Assembly (NCBI GenBank): GCA_028248455.1
Contig: JAOKHV010000006.1
Location: 6,476 to 70,475 of the forward strand
Origin: Ascidiaceihabitans sp.
GTDB taxonomy: Bacteria; Pseudomonadota; Alphaproteobacteria; Rhodobacterales; Rhodobacteraceae
DNA: 64,000 nt
Direction of reading: 5' to 3'
The notes beneath the pieces are model-generated. The model was not told the DNA's origin. It ran no database searches and saw only the letters and a list, made by a program, of their open reading frames with translations. Positions 18,717-30,184 of the stretch are shown piece by piece. The translations under genes and the position numbers were made by a program. Within the stretch, counting starts at the first letter, position 1, and each line of letters starts with the position of its first letter.

Positions 18717-19781
18717 ATGGCCACATTCCTTCCCCTTCTCGTCACAGACATTCATCGCACTATACGCGATGCGGTTGTCCTGACATTAGAACCTGAAAAC
18801 CCTAAGGACTTTGCGTTTGTCCAAGGGCAATACCTTACCTTTGAGCGCGACTTTGACGGGACTAAACTCCGTCGCAATTATTCGATCTGCGCAGGCCTTG
18901 ATGACGGAAAAATACAAGTCGGTATAAAGCAAGTTGATGGCGGTGCGTTTTCAACTTTTGCCAACACTGAATTGAAAATTGGCGACACGCTGAATGCAAT
19001 GCCGCCAATGGGCAAATTCTATACTGAAATCGAGCCTAACAAGGCGAAGGACTATCTTGGTTTCGCTGGTGGATCAGGTGTTACACCCGTTCTTTCGATA
19101 CTGAAAACCGTCCTGACCCGCGAACCAGAAAGCACATTCACGCTGATATACGCCAACCGCGCGGTTGGTACGATCATGTTTCGTGAAGAACTAGAGGCGC
19201 TTAAGAACGCCTACATGCAACGCCTCACGATTATCCATGTCCTCGAAACCGGCCAAGACATTGATCTGTTCAGCGGGCGTGTCGATCAAGAAAAATGCGC
19301 CGCGTTGTTTCAAACTTGGGTTGATATCAAAGCCGTCGATACAGCATTCATCTGTGGCCCTGAACCCATGATGCTTGGGATTGTTGAAGCGTTAAAGTCC
19401 CATGGTTTGTACGACAGTCAGATCAAGTTCGAATTGTTTGGCACTGGCCAACAAGGGTGCCTCGCGAAACAAGCGATTTCGGAACGCGCCGAAGGCAGCA
19501 AAGGCACCGATGCAACCGTGACGTTTGAAGGTGCGGATTACACCTTCAAGATGCCAAAGGATCAGTCCGTTCTGGAAGCCGCGCTGGCCAACAACCTTGA
19601 TGCGCCATTCGCGTGCAAGGCAGGCGTTTGTTCCACCTGTATCGCTAAGGTGACCAAGGGTGAGTACGAGATGCTAAGCAATCACGCGCTTGAGGATTAC
19701 GAGGTTGAAGCAGGTTACGTTTTAACCTGCCAGTGCTACGCATTGTCAGACACGTTAAGCGTCAATTACGACCAACATTAA
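18717..19781 (+). CDS. paaE: Phenylacetyl-CoA epoxidase reductase subunit E
   Basis: RNYSIC FAD motif, GGSGVTP, C-terminal 2Fe-2S CKAGVCSTC. Confidence 0.93.
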   Translation: MATFLPLLVTDIHRTIRDAVVLTLEPENPKDFAFVQGQYLTFERDFDGTKLRRNYSICAGLDDGKIQVGIKQVDGGAFSTFANTELKIGDTLNAMPPMGKFYTEIEPNKAKDYLGFAGGSGVTPVLSILKTVLTREPESTFTLIYANRAVGTIMFREELEALKNAYMQRLTIIHVLETGQDIDLFSGRVDQEKCAALFQTWVDIKAVDTAFICGPEPMMLGIVEALKSHGLYDSQIKFELFGTGQQGCLAKQAISERAEGSKGTDATVTFEGADYTFKMPKDQSVLEAALANNLDAPFACKAGVCSTCIAKVTKGEYEMLSNHALEDYEVEAGYVLTCQCYALSDTLSVNYDQH

Positions 19782-19790
19782 GGACACAAC

Positions 19791-21806
19791 ATGCTGAACG
19801 TTCATTCCTTTGCCGCTGGTCAATGGATCGCCCCGTCCACAGATGCGCGGCCGATTGAAAGTGCCCTAACGGGAGAGGTGATCGGGCAAGCCGGAAACAG
19901 TGCCTTAGATGTTCAGGGCATGCTTGAATACGGCCGCGAAATCGGTAGTCCAGCATTGCGAGCAATGACATTCCATGACCGTGCCAAAATGCTCAAAGCG
20001 CTTGCCTTGCATCTACGCGAACATCGTGAAGAGCTGTATCAGTTGTCGTTCAACACCGGTGGCACACAAGCCGACCACCTTGTTGATGTGGATGGCGGCA
20101 TTGGCACGGTGTTGGTCTATGCCTCTAAGGGGCGGCGCGACCTGCCCGACGGACAGATCTATCTGGATGGACCACCAGAACAGTTGAGCCGAAATGGCAC
20201 CTTTATGGGGCGTCACATATGCACCTCACTTCAAGGCGTTGCAGTACATATAAACGCATTCAACTTTCCAGTATGGGGCATGTTGGAAAAACTGGCCCCG
20301 ACCCTCCTTGCAGGAATGCCTGCGATTATCAAGCCAGCCACTGCAACCTGCTATGTGACTGAGGCTTGCGTGCGAATTATTTTAGACAGTGGGCTGCTGC
20401 CTAAGGGCGCGCTACAGTTAGTGTCTGGTGGTATTCGAGACATGTTAGATTACCTTGATTTGCAAGATGTCGTCACCTTTACAGGATCAGCTAACACTGC
20501 ATTAAAACTGCGTGGCAACGAAAATATCTTGCGTAATTCAATCCGCTTTACAGCAGAACAAGACAGTCTAAATGCGTCAGTTTTGGGTCCAGATGCGCAA
20601 GTCGGAACACCCGAATTTGACTTATTTGTAAAAGAAGTTCAGCGCGAGATGACCACCAAATCTGGTCAAAAATGCACTGCTATTCGGCGGATTTTGGTGC
20701 CACAGGGTACCAGCAATGCGATCATCGAAACACTTGATAAACTTCTAGCCAACATAACCCTTGGCGATCCTCGTGAAGAAGGCACAAAAATGGGTGCACT
20801 GGTTTCTAACGAGCAGAAAAATGATGTTTTGAAAAAGATTGCGCAAATCGGTTCTGAAGCTAAGCGCGTAATTGGTGACCCCGAAAACCACGCAATGTCC
20901 AAAAGCAAGGGGGCATATTTACCGCCCATAGTTTTCCATTGCGACGACCCTGATTCCGCACAGCATATACACGACACTGAGGCCTTTGGGCCTGTTTCTA
21001 CAATTATGGAATATCGTGATTTGGGTCATGCGACCGAATTGTTAAACAAAGGCAAGGGATCTCTTGTTGCTTCCTTCATCACACATGACGGCGATGTGGC
21101 CCGCGAAATCGCAATGGCGTCGGGCGCATTTCATGGTCGCTTATATTTCAACAACCGCGATTCGATGGCCGAGGCAACAGGCCACGGTACACCCCTTCCC
21201 CACATGGTTCACGGCGGTCCAGGTCGCGCTGGTGGTGGCGAAGAGTTGGGCGGTACACGGGCTGTAATGCACTATATGCAACGCACTGCAATCCAGGGCA
21301 GTCCCGATATTTTGACCGCAATCGGTGGCCAATGGATTCCAAAAGCAACCATTGAAACAGACAAGTCTCATCCCTTCACGCGCACGTTCCACGATGTCGA
21401 ATTGGGCGATACCCTTTTCAGCGGATCACGTGAGATTACGCTGGAAGATATCGAAACTTTCGCGCACTTTACAGGCGACACGTTTTACGCCCACATGGAC
21501 GAAGAAGCTGCCAAAGCTAACCCTTTCTTCCCAGGTCGTGTAGCGCACGGTTATCTTTTGATCAGCTTTGCCGCTGGATTGTTTGTACAACCTGATCCAG
21601 GTCCTGTTTTGGCGAACACGGGTCTTGATAACTTACGCTTTATGAAGCCAGTTCGGCCGGGTGATAGCATCAAAGTTCAGCTTACCGTTAAGGCCAAAAC
21701 ACCCCGCAATGATGAATATGGTGAGGTTCGGTGGCATGTGACTTTAACCAATCAAGATGATGAGGCTGTGGCTGAATACGAGCTACTGACAATGAATGCT
21801 TACTAA
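19791..21806 (+). CDS. paaZ: Bifunctional oxepin-CoA hydrolase/aldehyde dehydrogenase
   Basis: ALDH domain (INAFNFP, GQKCTA) fused to MaoC domain (GDTFYAHMD, AHGY). Confidence 0.95.
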   Translation: MLNVHSFAAGQWIAPSTDARPIESALTGEVIGQAGNSALDVQGMLEYGREIGSPALRAMTFHDRAKMLKALALHLREHREELYQLSFNTGGTQADHLVDVDGGIGTVLVYASKGRRDLPDGQIYLDGPPEQLSRNGTFMGRHICTSLQGVAVHINAFNFPVWGMLEKLAPTLLAGMPAIIKPATATCYVTEACVRIILDSGLLPKGALQLVSGGIRDMLDYLDLQDVVTFTGSANTALKLRGNENILRNSIRFTAEQDSLNASVLGPDAQVGTPEFDLFVKEVQREMTTKSGQKCTAIRRILVPQGTSNAIIETLDKLLANITLGDPREEGTKMGALVSNEQKNDVLKKIAQIGSEAKRVIGDPENHAMSKSKGAYLPPIVFHCDDPDSAQHIHDTEAFGPVSTIMEYRDLGHATELLNKGKGSLVASFITHDGDVAREIAMASGAFHGRLYFNNRDSMAEATGHGTPLPHMVHGGPGRAGGGEELGGTRAVMHYMQRTAIQGSPDILTAIGGQWIPKATIETDKSHPFTRTFHDVELGDTLFSGSREITLEDIETFAHFTGDTFYAHMDEEAAKANPFFPGRVAHGYLLISFAAGLFVQPDPGPVLANTGLDNLRFMKPVRPGDSIKVQLTVKAKTPRNDEYGEVRWHVTLTNQDDEAVAEYELLTMNAY

Positions 21807-22575
21807 ACCACTTTCAGACGCCGTTGGGGCGTTGGCTACGTTAAACAATCAGCGCGTTTGGTCATTATTGGTCACTGTTTTCGGGGACCTTGCCCAGAAC
21901 GATGGGGACGTGATCGAAGGGCCTGTGTTGTCTGCACTGATGTTAGATATGGGTATTAGGGCCGAAGCCACCCGCGTCGCCTTGCACCGTTTGCGCAACG
22001 ACGATTGGATAATGTCAGTCAAAAGCGGACGCAACAGTTTGCACAGTCTAACAGCTAGCGGGCGACAAGAAAGTGCTGCGGCCAGCCCCCGAATTTATGG
22101 CCAGCCAAACGACTCCCCAACTGGCTGGCAGTTGGTAATGCTGGACAGCGCATCTGCTCACTCGCGAAAGGTCATGGCTCAATTAGGTTTCGCACCACTG
22201 ATGCCACGTGTTTACCTCGGCTCGACCAATGCAAAGCCACCTGAAGACGGATTGGTTCTTGCACCCTCATCCCTTCCAAGGTGGCTGGCAGAACAGTTCG
22301 AACCAAAAGATTTGGCACAAGACTTCGCAGAATTGTACCAAGCACTTGTGCACGTTCAAAAGGCAGTGGCTGAGGCTGCGCTTGTATCACCACGAGAGAC
22401 TGCTGTCTTACGATGCTTAATCGTACACAATTGGCGCCGATTGGTACTCAAGCACCCAGATTTACCAAGAGACCTATATTCAACTAGTTGGTTGGGTCAT
22501 GAATGTAGGGGTTTGGTTAGCAGTCTATTGACCAAACTACCTAAGCCAGACCTTGGCCAAATCTTGCCGGATTAA
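21796..22575 (+). CDS. paaX: Phenylacetate catabolism repressor
   Basis: SLLVTVFGD, RVALHRL, HNWRRLVLKHP. Confidence 0.88.
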   Translation: MLTKPLSDAVGALATLNNQRVWSLLVTVFGDLAQNDGDVIEGPVLSALMLDMGIRAEATRVALHRLRNDDWIMSVKSGRNSLHSLTASGRQESAAASPRIYGQPNDSPTGWQLVMLDSASAHSRKVMAQLGFAPLMPRVYLGSTNAKPPEDGLVLAPSSLPRWLAEQFEPKDLAQDFAELYQALVHVQKAVAEAALVSPRETAVLRCLIVHNWRRLVLKHPDLPRDLYSTSWLGHECRGLVSSLLTKLPKPDLGQILPD

Positions 22576-22619
22576 AAGCCACGCTTTTCCCGAACTCAAA
22601 CCCGCGCTATAGCGGTTAC

Positions 22620-23234
22620 ATGACAAACTATCTTCATATTTCAGACCTGCCTGATAATTTAGATCTAGGCTCCGAAGTCGCCATTGATTGCGAAACAATG
22701 GGACTGCATCCTCACCGCGACCGGCTTTGTGTCGTGCAATTGTCGGCAGGTGATGGCGATGCCCATATGGTCCAGATCATGAAAGGGCAGACGGAAGCGC
22801 CAAACCTTTGTGAGATCTTAGAGGATCCCAAGGTGCTTAAGCTGTTTCACTATGGTAGGTTTGACATTGCCGCGATGCAAAATGCCTTCGACACTGTAAC
22901 CGCACCAGTCTATTGCACCAAAATTGCGAGCCGTTTGGTTCGGACTTACACAGACCGGCATGGATTAAAAAATTTGTTGCACGATCTTTTGCAGGTTAAC
23001 CTTTCTAAGCATCAGCAGTCCAGCGACTGGGGAGCACCACAACTAAGTGATGCACAGTTGGAGTACGCAGCTTCTGACGTGTTATATCTTCACCGCTTGC
23101 GTGTGGCATTGAACAAAAGATTGATCCGCGAAGGTCGTATGGAGATTGCACAAGCCTGCTTCGATTTTTTACCAACACGTGCAAACCTTGATTTACTTGG
23201 CTGGCCTGAAACAGATATTTTTGCGCATACATGA
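22620..23234 (+). CDS. rnd: Ribonuclease D-like 3'-5' exonuclease
   Basis: AIDCETMGL, HYGRFD, SSDW, YAASDV. Confidence 0.85.
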   Translation: MTNYLHISDLPDNLDLGSEVAIDCETMGLHPHRDRLCVVQLSAGDGDAHMVQIMKGQTEAPNLCEILEDPKVLKLFHYGRFDIAAMQNAFDTVTAPVYCTKIASRLVRTYTDRHGLKNLLHDLLQVNLSKHQQSSDWGAPQLSDAQLEYAASDVLYLHRLRVALNKRLIREGRMEIAQACFDFLPTRANLDLLGWPETDIFAHT

Positions 23235-23272
23235 AGATAGCATTTGTATTTTCAAATCGAGTGGTAGGTTAG

Positions 23273-23866
23273 ATGGATAGCTACTCCCGCATGATCGCAT
23301 TGCTCAAAGTGCTGTTGCCTTTGATGGCTTTAGCCTTGCTATCAAACCTCTTTTTGCTTTCTCGAAATATAGATTCAATGGCATCCATTCCCTTTGCCGA
23401 GGCAGAGGTAAATGAACGCATGCGAGATCAACAGATAACTGGCCCCTTCTTTTCCAGCTCTACCGAACAAGGTGATCAAATTTCATTCTCAGCAGGTGAA
23501 ATAGGCGTTGTAGATGGCAATAGCCGAGTAACAGCAAACGACGTTTCAGCTCAGATTGATCTATCTTCTGGTGCCCGATTGGTATTTTTCGCTGATCTCG
23601 GAGAGGTCGATATTGCAAACAACACTTCGATCTTATCTGGAAAGGTGCTGATAACCACATCCACCGGATACAAAATCAATTCGGAACGTTTGGTTTCTGC
23701 AATGACATCACTAAAAATGGAGTCACCTAATAAAATCATAGCTGAAGGGCCACTCGGCACATTTTCAGCTGGCTCAATGAGATTAACTTTCTCCGAAAAG
23801 ACCAAATCCACCCAAATGGTTTTCACAAATGCTGTAAAGCTGATATACGACCCAAAAATTAGATGA
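23273..23866 (+). CDS. lptC: LPS export protein LptC
   Basis: N-terminal TM (LKVLLPL), position upstream of lptA/lptB. Confidence 0.75.
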   Translation: MDSYSRMIALLKVLLPLMALALLSNLFLLSRNIDSMASIPFAEAEVNERMRDQQITGPFFSSSTEQGDQISFSAGEIGVVDGNSRVTANDVSAQIDLSSGARLVFFADLGEVDIANNTSILSGKVLITTSTGYKINSERLVSAMTSLKMESPNKIIAEGPLGTFSAGSMRLTFSEKTKSTQMVFTNAVKLIYDPKIR

Positions 23867-24366
23867 GATTGTTGACCGTGAATATATTCCGACACTTGGT
23901 GCTTTGCATCGCGTTGCTATGCAGCGCACCAGTTCTTGCGCAAGGAACGAATGTCTCCTTTGGGACATTCACGCAGGATACCACTGCGCCAGTCGAAGTG
24001 ACCTCTGACAACCTGTCTGTAGATCAAGCTACAGGAACCGCCGTTTTTGAAGGTAATGTTCTCATTGGCCAAGGCGAATTGCGACTGTCAGCCCAAAAGG
24101 TCAAAGTTATATACCGTACCGAAAGCGCCGGTATCGCAAAATTAGTTGCATCAGGCGGCGTAACGTTGGTTTCTGGTGCTGACGCAGCCGAGGCTGCGGG
24201 TGCTGATTATGATATCGATTCGGGTACAATTGTGATGAGTGGAGACGTTTTACTCACTCAAGGTCCCAGCGCCCTAACCGCGCAAAGAATGACCATCAAT
24301 CTCAAAGACGGCACCGCCAACATGTCAGGACGGGTAAAGACCATCCTTCAAACAGGCAAAAACTAA
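23863..24366 (+). CDS. lptA: LPS transport periplasmic protein LptA
   Basis: Signal peptide, OstA-like domain (FEGNV.IGQG). Confidence 0.85.
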   Translation: MRLLTVNIFRHLVLCIALLCSAPVLAQGTNVSFGTFTQDTTAPVEVTSDNLSVDQATGTAVFEGNVLIGQGELRLSAQKVKVIYRTESAGIAKLVASGGVTLVSGADAAEAAGADYDIDSGTIVMSGDVLLTQGPSALTAQRMTINLKDGTANMSGRVKTILQTGKN

Positions 24367-25124
24367 TGGCTAAGCCTGATCTAAAATTAACGCAGGGTAC
24401 TGTAGGTTTGCAAATCACAAACCTGAGAAAGTCGTACCGCAAAAAGATTGTAATACGCGATTTTTCGATGGAACTTAATCGTGGCGAAGTCGTCGCCCTA
24501 CTGGGCCCCAATGGTTCGGGAAAGACAACTACCTTCTATTCAGTCGCCGGTTTGGTCACCCCAGAAGGTGGTACAGTCATTGTTGATGGGCACGATGTGA
24601 CAACCCTCCCGATGTATCGTCGCGCTCAGCTTGGTATCGGTTATCTACCTCAAGAAATGAGTATTTTTCGTGGCCTCAACGTTGAAGACAACATCAGTGC
24701 AATTCTTGATATTTCGGTGCCAAGTCGCCAAAAACGCCGAGAACGGCTTGAAGAGTTGTTGAGCGAGTTTTCAATAGAGCACCTGCGCCGCGCACCTGCG
24801 CTGGCTCTATCAGGCGGTGAGCGACGTCGCGTTGAAATTGCGCGGTGTTTGGCTGCTGATCCAAAATACCTACTGTTAGACGAACCTTTCGCAGGTGTTG
24901 ATCCCATATCAGTCGGAGACATTCGAAACCTTGTTTCAGATCTTAAAAAACGGGGCATCGGCGTTTTGATCACAGATCATAACGTACGGGAAACATTAGA
25001 AATTGTGGATCGCGCATATATTTTGCACGACGGTAAGGTTCTAATGTCTGGCACGCCAAACGACGTCGTAGAAAATGAAAACGTACGCCGAGTTTATCTA
25101 GGCAATAATTTTCGCATATCGTGA
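24366..25124 (+). CDS. lptB: LPS export ABC ATPase LptB
   Basis: [31 protein letters not shown]. Confidence 0.95.
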   Translation: MAKPDLKLTQGTVGLQITNLRKSYRKKIVIRDFSMELNRGEVVALLGPNGSGKTTTFYSVAGLVTPEGGTVIVDGHDVTTLPMYRRAQLGIGYLPQEMSIFRGLNVEDNISAILDISVPSRQKRRERLEELLSEFSIEHLRRAPALALSGGERRRVEIARCLAADPKYLLLDEPFAGVDPISVGDIRNLVSDLKKRGIGVLITDHNVRETLEIVDRAYILHDGKVLMSGTPNDVVENENVRRVYLGNNFRIS

Positions 25125-25375
25125 TAGAAAGTTAAAACCTCACAGCCAAAGGGCAAAACTTCTTTCCAATTTGCATTGACAGGCCGCCTCATTCTCGGGC
25201 TGAATGCATGTATGGCAAAAACGTTTAAATCGTCTGATCGCCGACTGGCCCTCTTTTGGAGGCCCAACGACAATTACTCAGCGCTTATGCCTTTTCCGCG
25301 AAATCGACTATGATCTTCACCCTATATTGGGGTTACTAAGGTATTCGTCGTTTCGTCCATTTTTAAGGAGAAATA

Positions 25376-25939
25376 ATGCGGTATCAAATTAGTGGCAAAC
25401 AAATCGACATCGGCACAGCACTACAAGCGCATGTGAAAACTGAATTGGACGAAGTGATCCAAAAATACGCAGAACGACCGACCGATGCGTTGGTCATTTT
25501 CTCCAAGTCTGCGCATGAATTCGCTTGCGAAGCGACAGTGCATTTATCGACAGGATTGAATGCAACAGCCAAAGCAAAAGACACCGAAATATACAATGCG
25601 TTCAATTCTTGCTGCGCCAAAATGGAGAAGCAACTAAGACGATACAAACGGCGGCTGAAAGACCACCACAAAGACCGAACCCAACCGGTTGAACTTTTCG
25701 GTGGTTCCTCATATATCCTTTCTTCAGATGACAGACCTGATCAGTCAGAGCCAGAAACACTGCAGCCAATTATTGTGGCAGAGATGGAAGCAAAGATTCC
25801 GTCCCTATCAGTAGGTGAAGCTGTGATGCAGATGGAATTGGCTGGAGCACCGGTATTGGTGTTCCGTAACGAGAGTAAAGATGGGGTAAACGTGGTGTAC
25901 CGCCGGGATGACGGCAACATCGGGTGGATCGACCCTTAA
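25376..25939 (+). CDS. hpf: Ribosome hibernation promoting factor (long form)
   Basis: EKQLRRYK, VVYRRDDGNIGWIDP. Confidence 0.92.
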   Translation: MRYQISGKQIDIGTALQAHVKTELDEVIQKYAERPTDALVIFSKSAHEFACEATVHLSTGLNATAKAKDTEIYNAFNSCCAKMEKQLRRYKRRLKDHHKDRTQPVELFGGSSYILSSDDRPDQSEPETLQPIIVAEMEAKIPSLSVGEAVMQMELAGAPVLVFRNESKDGVNVVYRRDDGNIGWIDP

Positions 25940-25983
25940 ATAGTCACCGGCGTTAAACTCGCCTTGAATAAAGTGCGAGCAAG

Positions 25984-26448
25984 ATGGATTTTGCAAAACT
26001 TCTTAAGCCGGAGGCAGTCAAAGTGTTGACCACAGCCTCCAGCAAGAAACGTCTGCTGCACGAGATTGGCGATCTTGTGAGCGGGGTCTATGGCCTGAAC
26101 ACTGTAATAGTCGTAGAATCACTTCTAGCGCGCGAAAACTTGGGGCCAACGGGTGTAGGCAATGGTGTGGCGCTTCCTCATGCACGTATCGAAGGCCTTG
26201 AGAGCGTCGTAGGTGCGTTTGTCCTCTTGGACCGTCCGGTTGATTTCAACTCTGTTGATCGCCAGCCAGTCGACATAGCTTTCGCCCTATTTGCTCCACT
26301 CAACGCCGGCGTTGAGCACCTAAAAGCATTGGCACTTGTTTCACGCACTCTACGTGAGGTATCCATATGTGCGAAACTCCGCTCGAATCCCGATCCAACA
26401 ACAATTTATGCAATCTTGTCAGAAACACAGAACAGCCAAGCTGCATAA
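25984..26448 (+). CDS. ptsN: PTS IIA-Ntr
   Basis: RENLGPTGVGNGVALPH, HLKALA. Confidence 0.92.
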   Translation: MDFAKLLKPEAVKVLTTASSKKRLLHEIGDLVSGVYGLNTVIVVESLLARENLGPTGVGNGVALPHARIEGLESVVGAFVLLDRPVDFNSVDRQPVDIAFALFAPLNAGVEHLKALALVSRTLREVSICAKLRSNPDPTTIYAILSETQNSQAA

Positions 26449-26486
26449 TCTAAGGAACTAGCAGCTCTAAACTACCCACTTTAGCC

Positions 26487-27500
26487 CTAACTTTTAAATC
26501 CAAGCATCATGTAGTCACGTTGGTAAGCAGCCTGCGCGGCAGACTGGATTTCAGAATCATAGATCCTTGCTATTTCAAATAGAATATCGGTCTGGACCCC
26601 TGCCAATGCAACCGGCCAACCAGTGTACCCGATCGATTCCAAGAGTTGGGGTAATTCTCTTTCTAGATCAACTTCACGGATAACACGTTTCGGAAAAGAG
26701 AAATCACCGAACCCCTGCAATGACTGCGCCTGGGTACACCATGTTGCATCAATGTGGATCGCGGTTTGGCCGGATAATGTTCCCTTTAAAAAGTTCAAGA
26801 ATGAAAGAAACACTGTACGATGAGTGCCACGGTCATAACTCTCATCTGGCATATTTTCAGGAGTAGACAGGGCATACCGGCGGCGCAGTATTTGACGCAG
26901 CACGGCATAACCACCCTGGCCTGTATTCAAGATATGTTGACAAAAGGCGTAATCTGCTCGTGCCATCGGATGTCGTAAAACAGTAAAGCTGCGATGACCG
27001 GTATGCTTACGTTTCCATTGCCGAAGATCCTTCTGAGAAAATCTCTCCAAAAGATCCGAACGTTTTCTGCCGTCGACGCGTGCCAGCTAATCAAATATTT
27101 GCACTTCTGGTCCGCCCCGCATCGGCAGATATATCAAACCCGAATCTGGTGCAGCAACATATGTCGGTGTGCTAGGTCCACGTCGTGGCTCAAAATTTGG
27201 GGTACAATTCAAATTAAAGCGATCCAATCCAGAAAGCGCTACCTCCATTTCACCAAAGTTTCTAACCTTTTCAGAAATTGGACTTGGGTTTTGCTTTTTT
27301 AAAATTTTGTCCAATCTCTCCAACTCACTTTGAACCCCGAGATAACGAGCCAACCCGTTCATCACGTCGACGCTTTGTAGATCTTCATAAAAACCGCAAA
27401 ACGCCGTTTGGCCCGAAATCTGGAGAGCATTCAGCAATGTCATCTGAAAGCTCTGTAGCACCTCAAGATGCGTTGAGAACGCTTAGTCATCAAAAGAAAA
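26487..27500 (-). pseudogene. NodH-like sulfotransferase, N-terminally truncated and frameshifted
   Basis: Fragments in different frames (YEDLQ..LKKQNP..NFEPRRGP; FTVLRHPMARA..YQRDYMMLGF); no N-terminus. Confidence 0.7.
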
Positions 27501-27504
27501 CCCA

Positions 27505-27569
27505 ACACACAAATACAACACATCCGGCCTGTCGCGGCTGACTACCACAACACTGACCGAAACAGACAT
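27505..27569 (-). pseudogene. Glycosyltransferase family 2 N-terminal stub
   Basis: MSVSVSVVVVSRDRPDVL starts at the kdsB stop, then similarity breaks off into the sulfotransferase. Confidence 0.5.
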
Positions 27570-28370
27570 CAGTCAAGGCCCATTTTGGCCATCATAGCCG
27601 CGATAAGCGAGACATCTTCTGCGTTATCGAGCTCCCAAAATTGACGCCCATTTGCATGAACTTACATGTAACGCACTGCTTTGCCATTTAGCATGAACCG
27701 TAGTTTTCAAGTCCTTCAAGCTGCTCGAGCGGACCAACTGGCCATGAGGGGTGATCAGAAAAAGCATCTGGGCGATAGGCATAAAACCCAACATGACGAA
27801 ATACTAGTGTATCAGCAGCAGCATGAAAAACTTCAGAAGTGAACGGAACTACTTCTTTAGAAAAATACATTGCCCGCTTGTTGACATCAAAGACTGATGT
27901 TGTCCCACCAACACAGCCCGCGTTCCTATCTCTTAAAAAACTGTTCAGCGTCGCCCTGTCGCAACGCAAAACTGGTGTAGAAATCTCTGCACTAGGGTCA
28001 ACTTTCAACTCAGCGATCAAATCCTCAACAAACCAGTGCGGAGTAAGAGGCGCATCGCCCTGAAGATTGACAACTATGTCATACCCACCGCTCAGCGCAG
28101 TGTGTGCGGCAGCACATCTTTCTGTTCCATTAGCACAGGATTAAGGCGTCATAATAACTTCGGCACCAAACGCTTCGGCAGCAACCTTAATTCGTTCATC
28201 ATCTGTCGCAACGACAACACGATCTATACCAGTCACCTCGCTGGCAGCGCGCCAAGGTCGCTCAATCAATGCGCGCGATAGCCCCGATGCACCTTTCTGC
28301 ATAGCCAACGGTTTTGCTGGGTAACGTGTCGAAGCATAACGCGCTGGAATGACAATTAAGGCCCAGCTTA
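27569..28370 (-). pseudogene. kdsB: CMP-Kdo synthetase pseudogene
   Basis: IPARYASTRYPAKPL, VVATDD, GTERC, VNLQGD; lost start, TAA at 28141-28143, frameshift near 27710 and a second stop. Confidence 0.85.
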
Positions 28371-29183
28371 TGCAGTCTTCAGTTCAACTGAAGGTGCGAA
28401 CGCAATAAAGAATGGATTTGCAAAATCTGCTTTTCCATATTTAAGCGGCGTTTGATCATCAAAACGTACCACATCACCACCTGCACCAAGTAAGACAGCG
28501 TGGCCAGCTGCAGTGTCCCATTCCATCGTTCGACCAAGGCGAGGATATACATCCGCCTCACCTGTCGCAATCAAACAGAACTTCAGCGATGAGCCTGCGC
28601 TTTTCATATCATTCACCGCGTACTTATTGATGTAATCATCCGTCGCTTGATCACGGTGCGATTTGGAAGCAACGACCATTAGGGCTGTATTGTCAGCGTT
28701 AGAAACGGAAATAGGAATTAGAGTCCCCATGACGTCCTTGTCCAATGTGCCAACTTCTTCAACTGTTTGCCCATCTGCTAAAGTAAAGAACATACGGTTC
28801 TTTGCAGGAGCATAAACTACGCCACGTGTAGGGATCCCACCTTCAACCATCGCAATATTCACAGTAAAGTCACCACGGCGATGAATAAACTCTTTGGTCC
28901 CATCAAGCGGGTCGACGATTAGAAAAGTATCACCTTTGACAGTGTGAGTATCAGATTGCTCTTCGGTCACTAACATCACATCAGGAAATGCTGCCCGTAA
29001 GCCAGCAGATATAATCGCGTCTGCAGCTTCATCAGCCGCAGTTACAGGGCTTTCATCAGACTTCAATTTAACGTCAAAATCATCCGCCTGATAAATTTCC
29101 ATAATCTTGTCGCCAGCCTCTAGGGCCAACTTGCGAATAACTGGGATCAAATCTTCATAGTTCACGGGTAATCTCCTGCTCAC
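28368..29183 (-). CDS. cysQ: 3'(2'),5'-bisphosphate nucleotidase
   Basis: SPVTAAD, DPLDGTKEF, GSSLKFC, EWDTAAG. Confidence 0.93.
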   Translation of the reverse strand: MSRRLPVNYEDLIPVIRKLALEAGDKIMEIYQADDFDVKLKSDESPVTAADEAADAIISAGLRAAFPDVMLVTEEQSDTHTVKGDTFLIVDPLDGTKEFIHRRGDFTVNIAMVEGGIPTRGVVYAPAKNRMFFTLADGQTVEEVGTLDKDVMGTLIPISVSNADNTALMVVASKSHRDQATDDYINKYAVNDMKSAGSSLKFCLIATGEADVYPRLGRTMEWDTAAGHAVLLGAGGDVVRFDDQTPLKYGKADFANPFFIAFAPSVELKTA

Positions 29184-29285
29184 GTTTTGGTACGTCGCAT
29201 TTTGTTGAATTGCCTTATTATGTCTCTTATAATGTGCCCATAACTGAACGGCAAGAATTCAGTATTCAGTCGTGACACATCGCAA

Positions 29286-30115
29286 ATGGTACAGTTTCAG
29301 TCTGCACGAATACCTACAGGTGCTTTCTCATCTGAAATGTCGATTTCTGCACTGATCTACCACTCAGTCGTTCGGAGTGTCCGCAAACAGCACAACAACG
29401 CTTTCATCGCAATCGGAGTGAATGTGCTGCAAGTTGCTACGTTTGTAGGTGTATTTTACCTTATGGTTAGCATTCGAGGCTTACGAGGCGCTGCCATTCG
29501 AGGCGACTTCCTCGTTTACATCATGTCTGGAATCTTTCTTTTTATGACGCACGCCAAGACCATGCAGGGCGTGTTTGCTTCAGAAGGACCATCAAGCCCC
29601 ATGATACAACATGCACCAATGAACACGGTTATATCAATTATGGCTGCAGCTTTCGGCGCCTCATATATTCAACTGTTGTCGTGTTCATAATTTTATACGG
29701 CTAACACGTGATTGTAACACCGGTTACAATTGACGATCCCGCTTCAGCATTCGGGATGATCATTCTTGCTTGGGCTTCAGGAGCAGCGATAGGCTTAGCA
29801 TTGCTAGCTTTAAAACTCTGGTTCCCCACCGTAGCTACCCTGATGTCTACACTTTATATGAGAGCAAACATGATTTTTTCAGGCAAAATGTTCGTGGCAA
29901 ACAAACTGCCATCTTTTATGTTAGCGATGTTTGACTGGAACCCATTATTTCACCTGATAGATCAAGCGCGTGGTTTTATATTTATCAACTACTTTTATCG
30001 AAACAGCAATTGGGAGTACGCAGTCTATGTGACCATAGCCCTAATTATGTTGGGTCTTATGGGTGAATTTTAAACGCGTCGTCATGCCTCTGCTAGTTGG
30101 GAAACGCGCCGATAA
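29286..30115 (+). pseudogene. Capsule export ABC-2 permease (KpsM-like) pseudogene
   Basis: ABC-2 membrane features (SGKMF, WNPLFH.ID..RG); premature stops at ~29688 and ~30071; natural end RHASASWETRR*. Confidence 0.75.
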
Positions 30116-30184
30116 ATTAGCGAACACAATCGTAATTTCAGCCAAGTCAAATCTCGCCTCAACTGCAAACAGTTTCTTAGTACC

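Noticed and set aside
25124-25376. Absence of rpoN between lptB and hpf
   Set aside because: A common arrangement in Rhodobacteraceae, so not unusual.
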